From Octopus sinensis (taxonomy: Eukaryota): a stretch of DNA of 64,000 nucleotides. Of the stretch, positions 40,082-53,550 are shown piece after piece (the first letter of the stretch is position 1; each line of letters opens with the position of its first letter). Under the pieces are notes generated by a model. That model was not told the DNA's origin. It searched no databases and saw only the letters and a list, made by a program, of their open reading frames with translations. A program made the translations under genes and the position numbers. Location: the NCBI RefSeq assembly GCF_006345805.1, contig NC_043000.1:51584001-51648000 (forward strand). Direction: 5' to 3'.

Positions 40082-40719
40082 GTTGTTGTTGTTGTTGTTC
40101 ATATTATGTTATTACTACTACTACTACTACTACTACTTGTTTCTTTTGTTCTTATTATTTATGATGAACATTACAAAAGATAATGAAACCAACAAAACAA
40201 GTTTAAGAAATTTAAATATTGAAATGTTTCCTTGGTTCTGTCTTAGTAAATATTTTTTTGTTTTCATATTCTGGTAAACTATTTAAAGTATATAACTCTA
40301 GCCTCAAATATAGATTTTTCTTGGTTTCTTCATTTAAAAATTTTCTAATTTGATATATTTTCCCATTTCCTTGCTTAGATTTTTTTTGGCATGTTTTTAG
40401 TATTATTACTATTATTTTGTTTTTATTAATGTTTTCGATCGCATTTGTGAATGTTGGAACATAGGTTTGAAAAATTTCAGCTCAAAATATGTATTTTCAT
40501 CATAAGAAACTTTCTCTTCATGTTTAATGCATAATTCTTCAACTGTACACATATCTCAAGAAGAAATTGCATTGTATGAAGTCGTATATTCAATTCACTT
40601 CGTTTTTTTTTCTTCCTTTTTCTTTTAAATTTTAATCAAAACATCAAGAAGTAGTAAAGAAAAGTTTATGTTATTGACATGTTTGTTTTTATTTCCTGAT
40701 TTATTATTATTATTATTAC

Positions 40720-40771
<52 letters not shown>

Positions 40772-41110
40772 GAAACTTTGCACACCTGAGACAAATGTTC
40801 TTCAGTTGAGATGACTTCATAAAGAATATACACAGAAACCTTATTACAAAGAATATGTTAAAATACTGAAAATATATCTCATGGAATATATGCCATATGT
40901 ATATAAAGAGTGAGTGGCAGGATCAAAGTTGGAAGGTAGCATTATAGTCTAGTGTATTAAAAGAGAGAAATAGAAAATGAAATATATTAATGAAAACTTA
41001 GATACAAAAAAAAATGGAAGTTGCATCATTTTTGAAATTACATTGTCCTTAAATATATGTATATGTGTATGCACAGAATATATGTGAATATTAATGCTTT
41101 TATAAAATAT

Positions 41111-41165
<55 letters not shown>

Positions 41166-41547
41166 CATATATATGTATGTATGTATCATCATCGTTTAGC
41201 ATCCACTTTCCATGCTAGCATGGGTTGGACGGTTCAACTGGGGTCTGGGAAGCCAGAAGGCTGCACCAGGCCCAGTCTGATCTGGCAATGTTTTTACGGC
41301 TGGATGCCCTTCCTAATGCCAACCACTCCGTGAGTGTAGTGGATGCTTTTTACGTGCCATCAACACAGGTGCCAGACGAGGCTGGGAAACGGCCACGATT
41401 GGATGGTGCTTTTTACGTGCCACCAGCACGGAGGCCAGGCGAGGCTGGCAACGGCCACGGTCGGATGGTGCTTTTTACGTGCCACCGGCACAGAGGCCAC
41501 TCGAGGCGGTATGTATATAAATAAGTATATATATATATATATATATA

Positions 41548-41925
41548 CGAGGGTGAGTCAAAAAGTAATGTCATTATGTTTAGGGCGGGTATAATTACCA
41601 ACACAAGAACATGTATCATACATCAAAATGAAGCTGGTCTTCTGGATCTCATCTCTACATCTCAACATAGTCACCATTTCTCTCAATAGCAATGTTTCAA
41701 AGAGATGATAGTCCATTAATGAAGAAGTGAAAACTGTAGTGCAGAAGTGACTCAAAGAACAGCCAACAGAATTTTATAGGGCAGGGATACATGCTCTCAT
41801 TCGAAGGTGGAAATAGGGATGTGATCCAGAGAGAACCAGCTTCATTTTGATGTATGATACATGTTCCTGTGTTGGTAATTATTCCTGTCCTAAACAAAAT
41901 GGCATTACCTTTTGACTCACCCTTG
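41548..41925. mobile_element. Mariner-derived MITE with ~105-bp terminal inverted repeats and TA target duplication
   Basis: ta-cgagggtgagtcaaaaagtaatg ... cattaccttttgactcacccttg-ta. The interior encodes the mariner C-terminal motif EFYRAGIHALIRRW. Confidence 0.85.
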
Positions 41926-42060
41926 TATGTATATATATATATATATATATATAGGTATATGAATATTTATGTATGTTTATTTTCTGTGAATGTTTTTCTG
42001 TGAATGATAGCAGTTATATATTTCCCAGATGCATTTGCTATGCTAAGCAGAATAATGTCT

Positions 42061-42160
42061 TTGCCTCTCGCCAACCTCTGCCAACCTCTCTCACCAACCT
42101 CTGACAATCTTTCTTGCCAACCTCCGAAAACCTCACTCGCCAACCTCCAACAATCTCTCC
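42061..42160 (+). repeat. Short minisatellite of (c/t)gccaacctc units
   Basis: Direct reading; it generates the spurious ORFs 41967-42197 and 42004-42204. Confidence 0.7.
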
Positions 42161-42354
42161 CTCCTCCAGCTGACAGTTTTTTTTTGTACTTTTTCATGAT
42201 GTAAAATACACCTTTTGTGGCAGTTATAATGAAATTGTCTCCTTATATCAGAGTAATAAGACGTTTCAATAAAACATCTTTACCCCTGGGAATTACCAGG
42301 TACACCAGCTAGTGTATATATGTATATATATATATATGCATGTATATTTATATA

Positions 42355-42392
<38 letters not shown>

Positions 42393-42409
42393 GGCATGAA
42401 CATGAAGTT

Positions 42410-42760
42410 CATTATAGAACACCCTGACATAACAGGATCGCTATCACTACTTGACTTCAAACTATTGACTGTCTGCATATAAATAGGCATATATACTCAT
42501 ATATATATATAGATATAGATATAAATGCATATATATACATATAAAAGCATATATGTATATATATTATTTATCTAGTATGTTTATTTAGAGTATCCATATT
42601 TATCTGCTTGTCTGTTTACCTATATTCCTCTCTGTGTGTGTATACATATAGATACACACACACAGAGGAATATAGGAAGACAGACAGCAGATAAATATGG
42701 AAACTCTAAATAAACATACTAGATAAATATATATATATATATATATATACATATATGCAT

Positions 42761-42805
<45 letters not shown>

Positions 42806-42894
42806 GAGTATATATGCCTATTTATATACAGTCAGTCAATAGTTTGAAGTCAAGTAGTGATAGCGATCCAGTGATGTCAGGGTGTTCTATAATG
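42410..42894. repeat. ~480-bp fold-back palindrome centred near 42645
   Basis: cattatagaacaccctgacat..gatcgctatcactacttgacttcaaactattgactg (from 42410) is reverse-complemented at 42832-42894. Inner arms tctagtatgtttatttagag / ctctaaataaacatactaga also pair. Confidence 0.85.
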
Positions 42895-43398
42895 TATGCA
42901 TACATACATACATATATATATATATAAATATATATGCATATATCTCTAGCTCTCTCTCTCTCTCTCTTTCTCCCTCTCTTTCTTTCTCTCTCTCTCTCTC
43001 TCTCTGTATATGTATGTATGTATATATGTATATTTGACTAACATTTCAAAATGTCATTTAAATTTGATTTCGGAAGAGTATTTAACCTAAAACTATTAAT
43101 AAATTATAAATGATCTCTCATGGATTTAACATTACTAAAGTGTTTCGTGTCTGTAATCACTAATTTTGAAATCAATGCAAATAATCAACTCATTGATGGG
43201 AAATGGATAGTTCATCACTCGTTAACTCATAGAATGTATGATTATATTTTATATCTTATAATTAAGTTGTTTGCATATTAGTAGGATCAGAAGTTATATG
43301 CCAATACCAGTAATTAGTTATTATAGAATCTCTTTCATCTTATAAGTCTCTTTGAGAACAAAACTGAAACTTAGGACCGTGACTGCTTTCAGAATTAA

Positions 43399-43612
43399 CC
43401 CTTTAGCATTCAGATTATTTTGTTGAATATAATGATTGTTTATTTACATTGTTTTGAATTAATCATGTATTATTTTGAAGCTTTGAGATCTTGATGATGT
43501 AATCAATTTCTTTTAGACTGGCATTGCATGGTTGGTGTAAGAAGCTGGATTTGGCCAGTTTAAACATAAAACAATATTTGAGCCTGATACGGGCAGTCTA
43601 TATACTAAAGGG
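43399..43612. mobile_element. piggyBac-type MITE (TTAA target duplication); interrupted copies at ~38221-38687 and 62519-63122
   Basis: ttaa-ccctttagcattcag ... ctaaaggg-ttaa. The three copies share internal sequence. Confidence 0.75.
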
Positions 43613-46600
43613 TTAATTTTATTGTAAAATGTCTAAATGTCAGAGATGAGATGGTGTTAGTAAAATTCTTTATTTTCAGACTTAAGAGCACCTTATATTT
43701 GGAGATAAAAAGAATTTTGAATAGTAACATCTGCACAGTGTTTTGAGTATTTTGATTATCAGGTGTCTTATTCTTGTATTTTGTGTACTTAATACAAGAC
43801 TGGATTTGAATTAAGAACCTTTAATTTGAAACTAAAGCTAATAATGTTCTTACACACTAGACCATGTGCTGATGCTCCCATATCATCATTGCTGAAGTAA
43901 TTGTGTTGCTTATATTTACCTTTCAGTAATATCACCTACACTGAGTTAATGTTAGCAATGGGTGTTCTGATTGGATTACCAATATGCCTTATATGTACTG
44001 CTTTGATTATTTTTTTTAAACTTTACCCTTCACGTTTTATTAATTGCATAAACTTCATACTATAGTAGTGTTTTGTTTACTTTTGTCATATGTTTTATGT
44101 TCAGCGATTTCTGACTGATTTATTATTTTAATTAACTCTGTTATCTCAATCCAATATGGCAATATTGATGTCAGTACATGAGCTGAAATGATAAATTACT
44201 TGGCTAAATGCCTCTCATCACTTAATGTTTTTGTATTAGAATTCCACATTGGTCAACTTCACCTTTCATGCCTTTAGGGTAAAGGAAATATGTCAGTAAT
44301 CTGCTAGGTTGATCCAACTGATTCCCTACTGGAATTTTTTTTTTGTTACCATATTTCTGTGGAAATACAGCACTTTTGTTTCAATCAATCTTAGGAAATA
44401 ATGAAAAATCCAGTAAAATAACTTTATCATTATTAAGCTGGTGTTTAGAACAAAAATTCATGAAAATTTGTTGAAAGGTTTTGATTTAAATCACTTTAGA
44501 ATAGGAAGTTTGTATTATAAATCTAGGGCTTGTCTCAGGTGGGTTGGTATCAAAAAAGTTAATATTGATAGTTAATAAGAACATGGCATCTTTTACTTGT
44601 TTATGAAGTATACTGTATATCTTGTTTTTTTTTCTGCATGAAAGTCAAGAAATTGCTTTGGTTTCTCTCCAAGAAAAAAAAAAAAATTCAGTGATTTTTT
44701 TTTTCATATGCAGAGCAAAGAAAGAAAAATCAGAATGTTTTTGATCAAATTTGCCATTCCTGTTAGTATATTTGTTTGGTTTATTATTCCCCACCACCTC
44801 TTGAGATTGCAACTTTGTCTATAATTTTTATCATCAATCAGCTGATTTTGGAACTGTAATATGGCTAATTATCTCTGGAAATATCACAGCTATGCAATGC
44901 TGAGATTCTCTGCTAATGAGATAAATGTCTTATTTAAGAAATCCTAATTCCCAAGCAGCTACTGTTCATAGCATCTGTCTAGAGTGAGATTGACTACTAA
45001 TGAGATGCATATCTTTCAGAGCGCCATCTAAGTATTAACCCACTGTAATAAGTTTCTATCGATAAAATGAAGAATCTGAAACGGTTTAGCAAATTAATTA
45101 ACCAATTGAGAGAAATTGAAAAATACATTCATACATAAGGAAACACTTTTAGTATCTGCATCATTTCATCTCTTTCAATTACAGGAACACACATAACAGT
45201 ACCATTTGTCATAAAACAAGATTGCTAAATTAAGAAGCCCTGTTTATCTTTGCTTAATCAAGGTATATTGCAGAGAGCGAACCATTTAAATGCTGACAAG
45301 GAATCCTAGATATAAAAATAAGCAAAATAACTTAGTGGAACTGAGATAGGCTTCCTGCTGATTAGACTTCTTTTGAAATTTATTACAGGTCTTTTGTATT
45401 TAAAGTGCTATACCAAAGTGACTGTCAGAAGTGCTAGATGTTTTGACAATGTTACATAAGATAAAGTGTCATCCTAACTACATAGAGATTTAACTTTCAG
45501 TTTCTTAATGTCCAATAATCAGAGCTTAACCAAGACATAAATGATTTCACTTAGAATTAACATTATTGTATAATTAACATGGCAGTTGGAAACATTATCT
45601 GACATGCTTTTTTCTGATTAAAAACTGAATTAACATAGTTGGTTCCCATTTTAAGATTATTGTTAGGACCCAGGTCATCCCACACAGAGAGTTGATGAAA
45701 GGAAATCCAGCCATGACCATCTCATTTTCTTCAGACTGCATTATACAGTAAGATCTTCATTTTAAAGACCATATGGTATGATTGAAGGGATATTTAGCCA
45801 CTATTTCTAGCTGGTTGAGTGACCAAGTATAGGTTTACTTCTTGGCTTTCAGTCAGCAAGCATGAAGGCTTGTAGCTTAGTGTTTTGGGTATTTGGCTCA
45901 CAATCATAATTTCATGAATTTGATACTCAGTGGTTCATTGTGTCCTTGAGCATGTCACTTTATTCCACATTGCTCCACTCAGCTGGCAAAAATGAGTAGC
46001 CCCTATATTTCAAAGGGCCAGCTTTGACACAATGTGTCACACTGAATCTCTCTGAGAACTGCATTAAGGTTATGCATGTCTGCAGAATGCTCAGCCACTT
46101 GCATGTCAATTTCATGAGCAAGCTGTTCCATTGATCAGATCAACTGGAACATCTGTCATCATAACTGAGTGAGTGCCAGACAGCGAGTATTTGTCAAGGG
46201 GTTGTCTAATTTATTAGAATAATCAGTTTGTCCTCCATAACAAAGCAGTTCAGCAAAAGAGACTGAAAAAATTAGTAGTAGCTTTATAAAAAGGTGTAAG
46301 TACTAGGGTCAATTTGTTTGACTAAACCCTTCAAGGCAGTGCCCTAACATGGCTGTTGTCCAATGACTAAATCAAGTAAAAGATAAAAGATATCATCATC
46401 ATTGTTTAATGTCTGCTTTCCATGCTGGCATGGGTCGAACGGTTTGACTGAGGACTTGCAAGCCAATAGGCTACACCAGGCTCCAATCTGATCTGGTAAG
46501 GTTTCTACATCTTGATGCTCTTCCAAATGCCAACCACACTGAGTGTGTAGTGGGTGCTTTTACATGTCACTGGCATGGGAGCCAGTCAGAAGGCACTGGC

Positions 46601-47632
46601 ATTTGTATAAATGTATGATAAAATAGTGGCCCAGAGACATGATTCAATAACAGAAGAAGAGTTTGATTGATGATCCAGGCAACATCACCACCCAATTATG
46701 TAAATAGAAATATAACAAAAGAAAAAAAAACAGCATTAAAATATAAATAAATAAAAGTAAAGCTGCTTGTTGAATCTTTTGGGCTGAAATATAATGAAAA
46801 AGCAGAGAAGAATCTAAATGGAAATCCCAATCGAATTAATGTATTCAAATATTCAAATGAGCTTTGCTTAAATCTCTGATGTTAATTCTCACATCAAGTC
46901 TCTATCCTTCACTCTTGTGAGGCGTATGCCTGATTCTTAAGTCTGATACATCATAGTTTTAGACAATTATTCAGTGATATGTCACGAATCAGTGAGCTTG
47001 TTATCCTGTCACTTTAGAGACACAAGTCAATTAGAAGAGCAATTAGGTTTTTCATGAAAATAGCTATGATGTGTTGTGTTGGCTAGTGAGTATGGTAGGA
47101 GTTGTGGTCAGTTTTATATGATTGAGTGAAGAAACAGAGGATATTATTTGTCAGGAGCCAACCAAATTTCCACTAAACTTTCACAATAAAACAAAGACTG
47201 TCTGATCAATATCATCAGAAAATCAATGATAACATTGATGGATTTTATAATTGGAACTTTCTGAAGCAAAGCTATTTGCTGTCAGTTTAGGTGCAAAGAG
47301 TTACCTATTTCTTCCAATCTTTCTCAGTATCATTAATATTTTAAATTCTCTTTTACTTGCTTTATTTAATTGTTTTTCTTTTTTTAACTTTATAGATAAC
47401 TACATAGGGCTTATGTATGATCAAAAAATCATATTCATAAATATCCTCTGTCAATCTAAACTTAGAATTTCTCTTTATATAAATAGGAAACTCAAACATC
47501 ATCCTCATCATTATCATCATTGTCATTTAATGTCCTTGTTCCAAGCTGCTCTGGATCAGACAGTTTGATAGGATCAAAGTACTACATAATGTCCCTGTCA
47601 TGCTTTCTATAGCAGACTCCCGTTCATTATAC

Positions 47633-47853
47633 CTATTTCTTTATTACCCACAAGGGGCTAAACACAGGGGGGACAAACAAGGACAGACATAGGTATTAAG
47701 TCGATTACATTGACCTCAGTGCGTAACTGGTACTTAATTTATCGATCCTGAAAGGAACAGTCGACCTCAGTGGAATTTGAACTCACAACATAACGCACAG
47801 GAAATACCGCTAAGCATTTTGCTCGGCATGCTAATGTTTCTGCCAGCTTGCCG
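47633..47853 (-). mobile_element. SINE family 'A' copy (same subfamily as 1839-2070)
   Basis: Reverse complement of the 1839-2070 tail (tttagccccttgtgggtaataaagaaa). Confidence 0.8.
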
Positions 47854-48179
47854 TTCATTATACCAACCACTTAACATTTTCTCTGGGTCCTTTTTATTTA
47901 ATGCCACCAGCACTACTAAGGTAACCATGCAGCTTCACAAGATTACGAATCCTAAGGCAGGTGACTTTATGCTCAGAGATGAGACATTAAAATATGAGTG
48001 AAGCCCTCCTTGGTGCCCCTTAGCACATGGCATCCCGGTTTACTGCCCAAGTCACCAGTTCCTTGAGCTGGCTCTATGTGTGTGTGTATAATTTCATTTA
48101 TTTATTTCATTTACTTGTTTCAGTCGCTTGACTGCGGCTATATATGTATATATATGTATGTGTGTGTATGTATATATAT

Positions 48180-48240
<61 letters not shown>

Positions 48241-48493
48241 TATATACTACGCTCTCAGAGTGGTTGGCATTAGGAAGGGCATCCAGCTGTAGAAACACTG
48301 CCAGATCAGACTGGAGCCTGGTGCAGCCTTCTGGCTTCCCAGATCTCCGGTCGAACCGTTCAACCCATGCTAGCATGGAGAACAGACGTTAAACGATGAT
48401 GATGATGATGATCTTTATACATATATATACATACATCTATATATATACATATATCTATATACATATATTTATATGCATATATTTGTATACATT

Positions 48494-48536
<43 letters not shown>

Positions 48537-48573
48537 GATCAAAATAAAATAAAAACATGATGCGAAGGACTCA

Positions 48574-48651
48574 GCGGTACATATGTTTCGGGCCTTTATT
48601 AGACAGATTTATAACAATGCATAATGTATGTCTGTGGCCTTCTTCAGCCGC
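48574..48651 (-). ncRNA. Type I hammerhead ribozyme motif (mirror copy in the 3' pseudo-LTR of the minus-strand element)
   Basis: Reverse complement of 55392-55469, with a 4-bp stem I (gcgg/ccgc). Confidence 0.75.
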
Positions 48652-50502
48652 GCACAACAGCTTCCACAAGGACATGTGTTACATCAAAATTCTTGGTTGG
48701 GGATGCAAATCCTCTCATTCACGTACGACATAATGCGGCAGCAGCATAGAGTTGAAGCGTCCATCTCTTTCTTCTCTCAATGTAGAATGAGGAAAATTGG
48801 ATGTTGAGGTAATGTAATAAATAAATACATATATAGAGGTGAAGATGGAGGGGCGAGAGTTCGGGACGAGGGATAAAAAATGTATAAAAAGTGTAAGTAT
48901 AGAATAATATAAAAATGTAGAGGATAAAGGGTTGTAAGTAGATGTAAAGGGGGTATAAAGAAATATAAAGTAAAATAGAAATAGAAATAAAAGTAAAAAA
49001 ACCTGATAAAACATGATAAAAGTGTAAAAGAATGTAAAGATAAGGGATGTATAGAGGTTATGGACCAAGCATGGTGGTCAGGAGATTGATAAAATTTAGT
49101 TGTAGAATTGTCAGTACATCAACAGTTTCGTCTGGGGACTTAATGCGTTGTAAATCAGAGCTGATGAGCATTTAATCTGGTTCCTTGAATTAAATGGACT
49201 TCTAGTACATACATATCATCATGGATATATACACCCACATACACGCGTACATATACGCCTCCAAGCCTATAAGCATACACACGCACTCGCGTGTAAACAC
49301 GTACATAAAACACACACGCACCCACACGCACGCGCGTACACACACATACATACAACAGAATATCCGCATATATACACGGACATTACGCGCGTACACGCTC
49401 ACATGTATATACGCACGCCCATCACTACATACACACACGTATATGCCCACGCCTCTAGGTCCAGGTATAAGATATTAAAGGATGTGTATAAGAACGTATG
49501 TAAAGAATCCCGTACTCATGTCAATACGCGCACGCACACACGGCTGTGTGTCCGTATGTGCGTGCACATATACCCTCATATACACACACAGAGACACACG
49601 CGCACATGGGTATAGCTATAAGATATCGAAGTATGCATGTACATATATGCGCGTGCATATGTATGTATGCGTATACACACGTACGCGGACGCTCGTATAT
49701 TCAAAAGGTGGATCCATAGGTAAGTAAATAAACATATATAGAGGTGTAAAGCGATAAGTTAAGGGTAAGAATGAGGGTAAGGGTAAAGATTAGAAATAAA
49801 AAATACAGTATAAAATAAGAAATACAATGTAATAGTTAGAAATGAAGTATAAGAATTATAAAAATTATAAGAGTTAAGGTAAGGGATGAAAATGAAAATG
49901 AGAATAAATGGAAGTAGAATAAAAGTAAAAATAAAATTAAAAATAAAAATAAAAATAAATGGAAGTAGGATAAAAGTAAAAATAAAAGTAAAAATAAAAA
50001 TAAAATAAAATAAGATAAAAATATAATTTTGTAAAGTTTAACATGAGATGAAGGTGGTTGAAAGTTAGAGGTGGTGTGTTAAACGTAGGGGCGGGCGGGG
50101 GGAACTGAAAATTGGAAGGGTGGGAAGTGGCGTTTGGCGGTGTGCGTTCAACATCTGAGTTAGAAATGTGAAAGGGTATAGATATAGGGGATTAAAGAGA
50201 CTACATAGGGAGGATATGGGTGTAGGAGAAGAAATATTTAGGGAAAAGAAGTCATATATGGGAGACAAAATTTGTATATATAGGGGGAAAATGCAGGGAA
50301 CCCTATATGCACGTACACACACACACACACACGCACATGTACATATATATGTATATGTACACATACGTACACGTATGTGCACATACATACGCACACACAC
50401 ACACACATACACACATATACACGGCACATATAGGAAAGCGGCGCGGATGCGCGGTGGACGGGTGTGGGTGGAGGAAATTGCATGGGGGAGTTGGTATAAG
50501 AC

Positions 50503-53003
50503 CAAGCATTGTAGTATTTGAAAGTATTAATAAGTTTATGTATACAGGATGGTTTGAACTCTGACCTTTTGTTAATAAGATTGTGTTGTCTTTGAATTTC
50601 AAGATGTTAAGGAGTTCTACACAGCATAGTTGGCATCCTGCTCTATTATTTAAATAAGGTGCAGCTGATCCGATGATGGACCATCTGAGTTTGAAGCCTA
50701 TGCATTTGTCTTTTAATTCCCAAATTCTTTTAGAGAGGGAGGTGCTGTTAGCCTTATGTCTGTGTCTCAGCGAGGACCGGTGGTTGTAGTATCTGGATTT
50801 CCAGGAGGTTGAGCAACCAATATAGGTGAGTGTGTTAAACTGAGTACTCACCTCACATGAGTATATTACGTTTTTCGCCCTACATCGCCCTGCAGCGGGC
50901 ACTCTGTGCACATCTGCAGTTGCATTGCATTGCATTGTTCGGTCGTGTGCTGCTAATCCCAGGCGGAGGTGTTGCAATACGAGTGGGGGCGTTGGTATCC
51001 TCCTGGTTGTTGATGGGTGTAGTATTTCCTCTGTTGTGTTGGCGGGTGTTATTACTAACTGTTTGGGTAGTATGGCTGCCAGTCTGGTTATATTGTCTAC
51101 TGTCTGGATGAGGGGGGTTCTGTTGGTCGCTATGGTTTGCTCTTGATCTAGCTGTTCTAATATTAATATAGTTATGTTTAGCTATGAGGCAGCTCATGTT
51201 GGGCAGGGTAGAGTAGGAAATCCTAATAGTTTTGTTGGAGAAGATACTTCTATACTTGTGGTGGGTGGGAAGTTGTTGGAAATTATAGAGAATATTCTCT
51301 TACATAACTTACCCCTAACTGCTAAGTTGAAAGGTATGTTGAACCATATATATTTGCGTAATCTACTATTATCCCTTCTATTTCTCCTAATAGGATCTAT
51401 ATTGCTCTCGTCGGGAGGGTTACTATTGTGTGCTGTTCTATTAGTTCGCCTATTTCCTATACGTTGTTTGGAGTTTAAATTAGAATTATCGCTAGTGTGA
51501 GTTGAGTGCTGAGTTCAATTATAATTGGGAGTCTTATGGCCGACGGACGCTCCGGGTGGTCTACATATGATATTCTCTGGTTATACCCGGCACTATAGAG
51601 AGCCTGGTTGTAGTGTTGTGCATGATTATTGAAAATTTCTCTATTAGAGGATAGTTTTGTCAGTCTGTCTGAGATGGCTTGGACCGTGGTGCTAATTATA
51701 CAGGGTGGATGTTGGAAGAGGTATGGATGTATTTGGTAGTTTCTTCTGGTTTCCTATACGGGTAGTGAAGGTGCTTATTCAAATCTAACGTAACATCTAA
51801 GAAGTTTACTATTTTAGTATTGGTCATAAATTCTAGTTTAAGATTGAAGGATTTGAAAAAAAGCCTGATCTTTTTCCTAATTCTTTCTAGTTTACTCCTA
51901 TTGTTGGTGGGGTATATGAAGAGAGCGTCGTCTCTGTATAGACCCCCCTGAAGATCCGGTACCTCGGAGAAAAGCTTCTTGAGCAGGTAGGCCCCGACCA
52001 AGTCAGTCACCTGAGCTGAATCGCTCGAGCCCATAGCCACATCGAAATTGTCGGGGGTATCGGATCTGGTCCAGAGTCTACCGTCGAATTCTATTATGGT
52101 TTTTCTAGCTAATAGAATTATGTCAATTTTTTCTCTGTCTATGAGTGAAAGGTTGCGGGCAAAAATAAGGGATTTGTTAAGTAAGATGGGGGATATACTG
52201 GCGTAGTAGCTAGCTATGTCGAATTGGATGAATGAGTAGTCGGGCCTATTGTGATAGTGTTAACCATTCTAGCACATCGTTGGTGTTAATCCATAGTTGG
52301 AGTGGGATGTGGGGTTTGATGTGTGGGATCACCCTGTCCAGGATGGTCTTGCTAAGTCTGCCGATATCCGATTTAGTCGGACAGATTAATCGTACTCCTA
52401 CACTATCTGGGAAGTCTTTCTTATGGTCTTTAATAGTAATTTTGGGTACTTGTGGTTTAATAGGTTCTGTTCTGTCCAGGAGGTCTAATTTGCTCATAAC
52501 TTCCTTGATTTTGTAGTTAATTTCCTTAAGGTTATCCGTAGAAGTAGTTTTATACTTTTTGCTAAGTTCCTCATGATGAGCGATTTGTAGGTTTGGTAGT
52601 CTAGCCTATACCAGTTCCCAGTCTTGTCGGCGGGTATGATAAGACTATCATCGTTCCTAAGTGAAAGCAGGAAATCTTTAAGGCTCCTTAAGTGGGTGTT
52701 GGAAATGGTCTTATGTTTACTAATGTTGATGTTGGTAATGAGGTCGATTAAGTCTTTTTCAAAATTTTCCAGTGCATAGTTAGAGGGTGGGTTTCTTCTG
52801 CTTTTAAATATCTTCCTGTGTGCTATTTCTTCTTGGTTAGAGTTGGGGTTGCTTTTCTCCGGGTTATCGAAATGGTAGGCCGCCCACCTGATTCTTCTAA
52901 TAAAGTCTGTGGTCCGGTGGATGAGAGTCGTCGTGTAAGTTTTGTCGGAGTGGAGAGGTATGTCCTTGGGGGAGAAGTTTGTGTGAATCCTTTGAATCTT
53001 CAT
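50503..53003 (-). pseudogene. PLE polyprotein (reverse transcriptase + C-terminal GIY-YIG endonuclease, roughly 830 aa when joined), interrupted by about 6-7 frameshifts
   Basis: Joined frames give N-terminal FSPKDIP..YTTTLIHRTTDFIRRIRWAAYHF, IIPADKTGNWY and VRLICPTKSDIGRLSK. RT motifs follow: FIQFDIASYYASI (A), FDVAMGSSDSAQVTDLVG (B'), GLYRDDAL (C), VNFLDVTLDL, YPYRKP. Thumb/linker: IWFNIPF, RISYSTLPNM. Endonuclease: CNC..CRAKNVIYSCEV..TYIGCSTSWKSRYYNH..SLSKRIWELK..LRWSII..CQLCCVE. Confidence 0.92.
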
Positions 53004-53230
53004 GCTTGGGTTCGTCAAGTACTAAAGGTTGTCGCGGTTACGTGGGATCAGATCCTAGTGACAACGTAGGTGAGTTGAGTATAGAAATTCGGGGTGAGTA
53101 CTTGATAATTATAAGCACCTGTGTATACCGTTTGGTGGTGTAGGTGGTGGAGTAAATTGATCAAAATAAAATAAAAACATGATGCGAAGGACTCAGCGGT
53201 ACATATGTTTCGGGCCTTCATTAGACAGAT

Positions 53231-53550
53231 TTGGTTGCTCAACCTCCTGGAAATCCAGATACTACAACCACCGGTCCTCGCTGAGACACAGACATAAGGC
53301 TAACAGCACCTCCTTCTCTAAAAGAATTTGGGAATTAAAAGACAAATGCATAGGCTTCAAACTCAGATGGTCCATCATCGGATCAGCTGCACCTTATTTA
53401 AATAATAGAGCAGGATGCCAACTATGCTGTGTAGAACTCCTTAACATCTTGAAATTCAAAGACAAACACAATCTTATTAACAAAAGGTCAGAGTTCAAAC
53501 CATCCTGTATACATAAACTTATTAATACTTTCAAATACTACAATGCTTAG
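53231..53550 (+). pseudogene. Duplicated C-terminal half of the PLE GIY-YIG domain in the inverted copy
   Basis: ORF 53179-53550 reads GCSTSWKSRYYNH..CQLCCVELLNILKFKDKHNLINKRSE..YYNA*. It matches the minus-strand copy but lacks that copy's frameshift near 50587. Confidence 0.9.

Noticed and set aside
50857-53069. Plus-strand ORFs overlapping the PLE ORF (50857-51111, 51174-51500, 52232-52516, 52818-53069)
   Set aside because: Antisense shadows of the RT/EN reading frame with no recognisable motifs.
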